NCBI GenBank assembly: GCA_013331805.1
Contig: DUFS01000047.1
Span: 1 to 12,026, forward strand
Origin: Candidatus Micrarchaeota archaeon
Lineage (GTDB): Archaea > Micrarchaeota > Micrarchaeia > Anstonellales > Anstonellaceae
Length of the DNA: 12,026 nt
Direction: 5' to 3'
The position numbers were made by a program, and so were the translations under genes. This document shows positions 6,799 to 12,026 of this stretch, in pieces (position 1 is the stretch's first letter; every line of letters starts with the position of its first letter). Below the pieces are notes generated by a model that was given only the letters and a program-made list of their open reading frames with translations, had not been told where the DNA came from and did not search any database.

Positions 6799-7809
6799 AT
6801 GGCAATAAATGTGGCAGTTAACGGATTTGGGAGGATTGGAAAGCTAGTGGTGCGCGCTGCCTTTGAGCGCGGTTTTGTGGGCAAGAAATTCGACATTGTT
6901 GCGATAAACGATACGCACGACCCCAAGCTCTCCGCCCATTTGTTCAAGTATGATTCCACGCAGGGGAGGTTTTCCGGAACAGTGAAGAGCGAACAGGGCA
7001 AGCTCACGATCAACGGTCATGAGATGGCTGTTGTTTCCTCGCGCGACCCGGCAACGCTGAATTGGGGCGCGATGGGCGTGGATTTGGTGCTGGAATGCAC
7101 TGGCGCGTTCACAGACAGGGCTGGTTCTTCCAAACACCTGCAGGCCGGCGCAAAAAAGGTGCTTATCTCCGCCCCATGCAAGGGAGGCGAAGCCGATGCG
7201 ACAGTGGTGATTGGTGTCAATGATGAGGCGTACGACAAGAAAAAACACAATATCGTTTCAATAGGCTCGTGCACCACCAACTGCCTTGCCCCTGTTGCCA
7301 AGGTGCTGGACGACAGTTTCGGCATTGAAAGCGGCTTCATGACCACCTGCCATGCCTATACCAACGACCAGCTCATACTGGATGCCAACCACAAGGACTT
7401 CAGGAGGGCGCGAGCCGGAGCTGTGAACATAATCCCCACCAGCACCGGGGCGGCAAAGGCTATTGGGGAAGTGATTCCAAAACTGAAAGGGAAGATGGAC
7501 GGGCTGGCACTTCGCGTTCCCATTCCTGTGGGCTCGGTGAACGATTTGTCTGTCCTGCTTTCGAAGGAAGCGAAAAAGGAGAAGATAAACGCCGCGCTGA
7601 AAAAGGCTGCCGAGGGAAAGATGAAAGGCATCTTGCAATACACCGAAGACCCCATTGTCTCACAAGACATCGTGCACACAGAAGTGAGCTCCATTGTGGA
7701 CGGCTTGTCCACGCTTGCAATCGGAAAAACCGCAAAAGTGCTTTCCTGGTACGATAATGAATGGGGCTTTTCCAACAGGATGGTGGAAATGGCCTCAAGG
7801 ATGTTCTAG
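6799..7809 (+). CDS. gap: Class I (bacterial/eukaryal-type) glyceraldehyde-3-phosphate dehydrogenase (336 aa)
   Basis: VAVNGFGRIG, SCTTNCLAP, HAYTNDQ, RRARA..NIIPTSTGAAKA, ALRVP, SWYDNEWGFSNR; GGAGGTG RBS at 6787-6793; TTTTAAA at 6749-6755. Confidence 0.98.
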   Translation: MAINVAVNGFGRIGKLVVRAAFERGFVGKKFDIVAINDTHDPKLSAHLFKYDSTQGRFSGTVKSEQGKLTINGHEMAVVSSRDPATLNWGAMGVDLVLECTGAFTDRAGSSKHLQAGAKKVLISAPCKGGEADATVVIGVNDEAYDKKKHNIVSIGSCTTNCLAPVAKVLDDSFGIESGFMTTCHAYTNDQLILDANHKDFRRARAGAVNIIPTSTGAAKAIGEVIPKLKGKMDGLALRVPIPVGSVNDLSVLLSKEAKKEKINAALKKAAEGKMKGILQYTEDPIVSQDIVHTEVSSIVDGLSTLAIGKTAKVLSWYDNEWGFSNRMVEMASRMF

Positions 7810-7812
7810 GAA

Positions 7813-8016
7813 GTGGTATTCTTGAAACTCATGGCGATTTTTGCAGCCCGCTTCCTGATCCTCGCGCCCATGGCATTCTGCATATTCGTCATCCTTGCAA
7901 GCGAGGAAAAAATGGTGCGGCTGCTTGCGGTAATCAGCCTCATTGTGCTGGAGCAGGCCCGCGAGTTCATGCTGGTTCAAAGCATGAAGGATTTGGGCAA
8001 AAAAGACAGGCACTAG
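7813..8016 (+). CDS. Putative small membrane protein (61-67 aa, two hydrophobic segments)
   Basis: Starts 3 nt after the gap stop (GTG7813, or ATG7831); helical-hairpin hydropathy pattern with a charged tail; no family recognised. Confidence 0.45.
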   Translation: MVFLKLMAIFAARFLILAPMAFCIFVILASEEKMVRLLAVISLIVLEQAREFMLVQSMKDLGKKDRH

Positions 8017-8117
8017 CTGGGCAAAGCTTCGTACGGATTGGAATACAGAGATTCCAATGCAACAAGAAAAAGCCCTGCCCGGCTGTTTTGGGCAAGCATA
8101 ATAAACATTAGCGCAAG

Positions 8118-8277
8118 TAATCTCCGCAACGAGGGAAATGCCTGTGTTCTGGTTGCCTATCTCTTGCCCTGAAGGAATGGTAAAGAGAAGTAGGCCCGCG
8201 CAAAAGCGCGGGCAAGGCGACCAGTTTTCTGTCAGAGACAGAAACAAAAGACGGGCATTTCCTCTGTTGGGATATTG
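8118..8277 (+). ncRNA. Candidate structured non-coding RNA of unknown family (five nested helices, two three-way junctions)
   Basis: Hand-derived pairing: P1 8127-8145/8251-8269 (extends imperfectly to 8118/8277); P2 8149-8158/8215-8224; P3 8160-8168/8179-8188; P4 8194-8201/8206-8213; P5 8226-8233/8237-8244. G-U wobbles occur on the + strand. No convincing ORF covers it. Confidence 0.6.
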
Positions 8278-8282
8278 GCAGA

Positions 8283-8296
8283 GCCGAATATTTAAA
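8283..8296 (+). promoter_or_regulatory. BRE-TATA promoter for the coiled-coil gene (TATA also readable on the minus strand)
   Basis: GCCGAA-TATTTAAA ending 33 nt upstream of ATG8330. Confidence 0.55.
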
Positions 8297-8329
8297 GGTT
8301 CCTATACGGACTAACATAAAAAGCGACAA

Positions 8330-9148
8330 ATGGGTAATAATTTGGACAAACCCGGGAAAGCCAAGGCGTCAGACATTGCCGAAATGCCGGACGGGCTAAA
8401 GGAACTTTTGGACGCGCCAGTGGAGGAAGGAACTCCCCCCGCCATTCTTCTTCCTGCGCAGGAAAACGCGGCGCAGGGGCTCCTTAATCCAGCGCAACAG
8501 CAACCGCAGCTGCCCAAGACCCAAAGGGAAACCGAACTGGATGGGTTCATAGCCGCAAGGCAGGGAATAATTGAGAAACTCAGGGAAAAAAACCCGCAAG
8601 TATCCCAAGCCAGGCGGAAAATCGCTGAAATGGTGCCCGTCATCCGCGGAAGCGGGGCAAGCCACACAATGAAGCTTGCCGCAGAAGCCGAGCACATTGA
8701 GTTTTCAATCGCGACCGAAGCGTATACGCCGAAAAAGGAGAAGGAGCTCATAAAGCGCCTGCGCGACATCCGCCAGGAGCTTTCCAAGCACAAGGAAATC
8801 GACGACGCCAGGAAGGCCGTGGAGGCGGAAAGGCGCAGGCTGCACGAGCTCGTTTCCGAAATCCGGTTCCTGGAGCGCGGGCTTGACGAGGCGAGAAAAA
8901 AGTGCGATGCCGCTTACGCGGAAGTCCTGGCCGAAAGGAAGGCTGCATACGAAGCCAGGCAGAAAAATCGGGAGGAAAGGCGCCAGAAACAATATGATGA
9001 ACTCAAGCACCGCGTGCATGAGCAGAAAAAAAGGGAGTACGCGGATGAGATCAAGCCCTATATGAAGGATTACGACGACACCGTTTCAATGGATGAAATC
9101 GTGCAGATCGAAAAGAAGGGCAAGAAAGACGGAAAGGAAAGCCCCTGA
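8330..9148 (+). CDS. Archaeal coiled-coil protein (COG1340-like)
   Basis: Long E/K/R-rich heptad helices; IEFSIATEAYTPKKEKELIKRL resembles the conserved 'lEf..qT..lt.ekEkelv..i' segment of uncharacterised archaeal coiled-coil proteins (recalled, not searched); P/Q-rich disordered N-terminus; start uncertain. Confidence 0.75.
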   Translation: MGNNLDKPGKAKASDIAEMPDGLKELLDAPVEEGTPPAILLPAQENAAQGLLNPAQQQPQLPKTQRETELDGFIAARQGIIEKLREKNPQVSQARRKIAEMVPVIRGSGASHTMKLAAEAEHIEFSIATEAYTPKKEKELIKRLRDIRQELSKHKEIDDARKAVEAERRRLHELVSEIRFLERGLDEARKKCDAAYAEVLAERKAAYEARQKNREERRQKQYDELKHRVHEQKKREYADEIKPYMKDYDDTVSMDEIVQIEKKGKKDGKESP

Positions 9149-9200
9149 CGCTCTTTGATGGACAGCTGGGCGGGAAAAGAGACGACAAGCCCGATTTTTG

Positions 9201-10268
9201 CTACCAGCGGCCGGTCAGGCCGAATTTTAGGCGCTCTGCTTCGAAAAAAAGGTTTTCAATGAGCCAGTAGAGTGGGAACCTTTCGGGCGCCGCGTTTGAA
9301 ATGTCCACGATGGCGCCGTTCCTGTGCTTCCTCATGAAAAATTCCACCACAGAATCGCCGAAAAGCGAAAGGGGAAGCCTGCGCGCCAGGTCCTTTTTCA
9401 TGTCAGGGAGGATGGCGCTTCTCCAAAGGGCATCATAGTCCTTTCCCTGCAGGATTGCGTCCGCGCAAAGCTTCCCGCTCATGAGCGCGTACTTGATCCC
9501 AAACCCCATGAACGGGTCCTGGAACCCCGCGGCTTCACCAATTAGGATTTTGCCCCCGGAATACCCGGTTTTCGGCACCCTGACCGTTCCAGAGCCGCCG
9601 AATGCGGATATTTTTTTCTTCCCGCCCAAAAAATCACGGAGTATTTTGCGCTCGCGTATTGCCTTATTTGTAAGCGCAAAAAGCTTCGGAACGTGAGGTT
9701 GGGAAACGCAGTTCACAAACTCTATTTGGTCTTTGCTTATGGGGAATATGTAGCTGTACCACCCCTTGGGCGAGTAGCGGTCGTCGAAAACCACGAGCAG
9801 GCGGTCCCGCGGGAAATCCGAATCTTCGTAAATCCCGCCAAGCGCGGCAAAGTCGCAGCCGCTTCCCCCTGCTGCGATTATGTCACAAGCAGAGGGCGCC
9901 TCGCGGGAATTGAAGCGAAAAGCCGCCCCGAGCTTTTCAGCCTCCTTGAAAAGCGCGTATTCCAGCGAGCGCCTACCGCCGCGTTCCACAAATGGGATTT
10001 TCTTGTGCTGGCCTGTATCAAGCTCAATGTCGCGGCTCCTGGTCCCGAAAATGACCTTGGAAAAGTAACGGAAATCGACTTTCGCGCCCAGGCCCATCTC
10101 TTTCATGAATTCGCGCGGGTCGTTTATGTACTTGATGCCCTGCAGGTTGGCGGGAAAGCGCAGGCCAACGTCGGCGCGCTTTTCAAAAACCGTCACCTGC
10201 TCCCCGCCTTTTGCAAGGTTGATGGCAGCACAGAGGCCGGCAGGCCCTGCACCAAGTATTTTTTTCAA
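9201..10268 (-). CDS. NAD(P)/FAD-dependent oxidoreductase, geranylgeranyl-reductase/FixC (COG0644) superfamily
   Basis: ILGAGPAG..AA..LA, VFEK, PKGWYSYIFP, GEAAGFQDPFMGFGIKYALMSG; TTG start with GGTGGTG RBS. Confidence 0.9.
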   Translation of the reverse strand: MKKILGAGPAGLCAAINLAKGGEQVTVFEKRADVGLRFPANLQGIKYINDPREFMKEMGLGAKVDFRYFSKVIFGTRSRDIELDTGQHKKIPFVERGGRRSLEYALFKEAEKLGAAFRFNSREAPSACDIIAAGGSGCDFAALGGIYEDSDFPRDRLLVVFDDRYSPKGWYSYIFPISKDQIEFVNCVSQPHVPKLFALTNKAIRERKILRDFLGGKKKISAFGGSGTVRVPKTGYSGGKILIGEAAGFQDPFMGFGIKYALMSGKLCADAILQGKDYDALWRSAILPDMKKDLARRLPLSLFGDSVVEFFMRKHRNGAIVDISNAAPERFPLYWLIENLFFEAERLKFGLTGRW

Positions 10269-10284
10269 ATGCCCACCACCAGGT

Positions 10285-11511
10285 TCATAAGAAGAGCAGC
10301 TTGAGGTAAAAAAGCGGCGAGGTATACCCCTTTTTCGCCTCGGGGTTGGAAAAGGTGCCGGATATGGCTTCCCTTGCCCTGTCGGAGGATGACGCCTTGG
10401 ATATCACAAAATTCAACAGCCACTCCACCTTGCCCAGCCTCTGCATGTTGTAGCTCATGGAAAGCTCGCCCCCTATTTCCTTCCAGAGAAGCTCTTCATA
10501 GTGTGAGAGGAATTTTTCAGTTGTGTCCCCTGCTGAAAGCGCCTGGTCAGCGATGGTTGCCGCAAGCTTTCCCGAAAGCATGGCATTGCCGATTCCTTCC
10601 CCGGAAAACGGGTCAACCAGCCCTGCCGCATCCCCCACCAACAAGATGCCGTCTGCGTGGACTTTGCGCCTGATCGAGCCAAGCGGAAGCGACCAGGCGG
10701 CGATCGGCGAGACCTGCTTTGCCCCTGCAAAGCGCTCCTCGAAAAGCGGGTTGTTCTCAATTATGTCCAGCATTGCCTTGTGTAGGCTGATGCTGGTTTT
10801 TTTCATGTCAGACATTATCATGCCCAAGCCGACGTTCATGAGGCCGCCGTCTGCGGGGAAGATCCAGAAATAGCCCGGAAGGATGGATTTCACAAAATGG
10901 ATTTCCAATGTGCCGTCATTTCCCCTGACCCCAGAATAGTAGGCGCGGTAGGCCACGCAGGTGTGATTTGGATCGATTCGGGCGCCCCGAACCTCGCGCG
11001 CAATGAGTGAGGAGGCGCCGTCGGCGCCGATTATTATGCCTGCATGGAATTCCTTTTCAGCCCCGCCAGCGAGAGATGCCTTTACCCCTATGATTTTGCC
11101 GCCCTCCTTCACCACAGAGGTGACCAGCGCCCCCTCGAGGACTTTTGAGGTGTTTTTGGCGTGTGAAAAAAGCAGGCCGTCATATACAATCCGCCTGCAC
11201 ACGTAGCCTTTTTCTATGCCCTTGTCGCCCCTGCGGAAGGGGATGGTGATCGACTTGCCGTTTGGGGAGGAGAAGGTGAGCCCGGTTACTTGGCCGTGCT
11301 CTGCTTTTTGGAGGCGTTCGATCAGCCCAAGCTCGGATAAGATGCCCACGGACTTCCCAGAGACCGCATCGCCGCAGGTCTTGTCCCTTGGAAAAATGCC
11401 TTTTTCCAAAACAAGGACTTTCCTTCCTTTCATTCCAAGGAAGGCAGCCGCGGTTGAGCCCCCAGGCCCCCCACCCACAACTATGACATCGAAGTTTTCA
11501 ACCTCAGGCAC
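10285..11511 (-). CDS. Geranylgeranyl reductase family flavoprotein
   Basis: DVIVVGGGPGGS, FPRDKTCGDA, GADGASS, PGYFWIFP, NVGLG, GDAAGLVDPFSGEGIGNAMLSG. GTG11511 preferred (AGGGTG RBS upstream); GTG11520 is the alternative. Confidence 0.92.
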   Translation of the reverse strand: MPEVENFDVIVVGGGPGGSTAAAFLGMKGRKVLVLEKGIFPRDKTCGDAVSGKSVGILSELGLIERLQKAEHGQVTGLTFSSPNGKSITIPFRRGDKGIEKGYVCRRIVYDGLLFSHAKNTSKVLEGALVTSVVKEGGKIIGVKASLAGGAEKEFHAGIIIGADGASSLIAREVRGARIDPNHTCVAYRAYYSGVRGNDGTLEIHFVKSILPGYFWIFPADGGLMNVGLGMIMSDMKKTSISLHKAMLDIIENNPLFEERFAGAKQVSPIAAWSLPLGSIRRKVHADGILLVGDAAGLVDPFSGEGIGNAMLSGKLAATIADQALSAGDTTEKFLSHYEELLWKEIGGELSMSYNMQRLGKVEWLLNFVISKASSSDRAREAISGTFSNPEAKKGYTSPLFYLKLLFL

Positions 11512-11558
11512 AGTAAACACCCTTGATGGATTTCAGGTTCCTTCTGATGGCTAACCAA

Positions 11559-11584
11559 TAAAAAATCACCACAGGGATTTTTTA
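11559..11584. promoter_or_regulatory. 9-bp perfect inverted repeat in a divergent intergenic region (back-to-back TATA-like boxes or operator)
   Basis: TAAAAAATC (11559-11567), 8-nt spacer, GATTTTTTA (11576-11584). Confidence 0.5.
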
Positions 11585-11607
11585 CCTTTGTCTTCATTTT
11601 TTTGCGT

Positions 11608-12026
11608 ATGGGCAACAGCACGATCTTTTCCGGGCTCAAAGTCACGCTATTCGGGCACGCGAGTGTGATGCTAGAGGCGGACGGGCTGAGATTCTACATT
11701 GACCCTTTTGTCCTGCCAAAAAGCGTGGAGGCGGCGGACGCCATACTTTACACACACGGACACTTTGACCACTGCGTTCCTGCGCCATCAATAACCAACC
11801 AGAATACGATCTCAATAGGGCATGGTTGCAAGCTTCCTGGCCGTGTTATCGAGATAGGGGGCAGGGAAAACGTAAAGGGCGCTGTTGTGGAAGCAGTGCA
11901 CGCGTACAATATCAGCAAACCATTCCACCCAAAAGGCTCGGGCGCGGGCTATTTGGTGTAATTCAAGTCAGTGAGGACCTATCATGCAGGAGACACAGAC
12001 TTTATCCCGGAAATGAAGGACATCCG
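11608..12026 (+). pseudogene. MBL-fold metallo-hydrolase (UPF0173/YtkL-like) interrupted by an in-frame TAA at 11959-11961; continues past the window end
   Basis: GHASV, YIDPF, THGHFDH, AYN...FHPK...GY, then TAA, then the same frame gives FKSVRTYHAGDTDFIPEMKDI with the conserved YHAGDT motif. Could be a sequencing error rather than a true pseudogene. Confidence 0.75.

Noticed and set aside
7992..8215. Recurrent GGGCAA hexamers as a repeat array or CRISPR remnant
   Set aside because: They are too short and irregularly spaced, and two copies are simply hairpin arms.
8169..8244. Hammerhead ribozyme (CUGAAGG ... GAAAC)
   Set aside because: The core needs CUGANGA in a junction. Here it is CUGAAGG inside a hairpin loop and the stems do not match hammerhead topology.
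8118..8277. Assignment as tRNA, 5S rRNA, canonical SRP RNA or canonical RNase P RNA
   Set aside because: No T-loop or anticodon cloverleaf, no 5S conserved blocks, no SRP helix-8 CAGG/GRAA/AGCA motif, and no RNase P P2/P3 or bulged-U P4 pseudoknot. Left unassigned.
7761..8329. ORFs 7761-8111 (+), 7795-8247 (-) and 8108-8329 (-) as real genes
   Set aside because: No recognisable motifs or RBS, atypical composition, and they overlap gap, the small ORF or promoter elements. The nested pairing explains the region better.
4358..11554. Numerous antisense and alternate-frame ORFs over polB, gap, the coiled-coil gene and the reductases
   Set aside because: These are shadow ORFs expected from GC-rich codon usage, with no motifs or independent signals.
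11959..11961. Genome-wide reassignment of TAA
   Set aside because: TAA ends pus10 (2523-2525), SemiSWEET (6737-6739) and the triple-HTH gene (485-487) at sensible positions, and no other gene here has internal stops.

Overview
Archaeal core-genome window with no CRISPR array, tRNA, rRNA, transposase or intein that I can recognise. Pus10, a euryarchaeal-type PolB, TATA/BRE promoters, GGTG-type RBSs and a bacterial-type class I GAPDH make a DPANN lineage such as Micrarchaeota plausible, but that is inference. Gene order: AT-rich ORFan (+), protein with three tandem Xis/MerR-like (HTH_17) domains (-), pus10 (+), A24 prepilin/preflagellin peptidase (+), membrane-anchored GGCT-fold protein (-), polB (-), SemiSWEET (+), class I gap (+), small membrane ORF (+), an extensively base-paired ~160-nt intergenic element, archaeal coiled-coil protein (+), two geranylgeranyl-reductase-family flavoproteins (-), and an MBL-fold hydrolase broken by an in-frame TAA (+, runs off the window). 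The best novelty candidates are (1) the five-helix candidate ncRNA at ~8118-8277 and (2) the triple winged-HTH protein with ~10-bp-phased direct repeats next to its own promoter.
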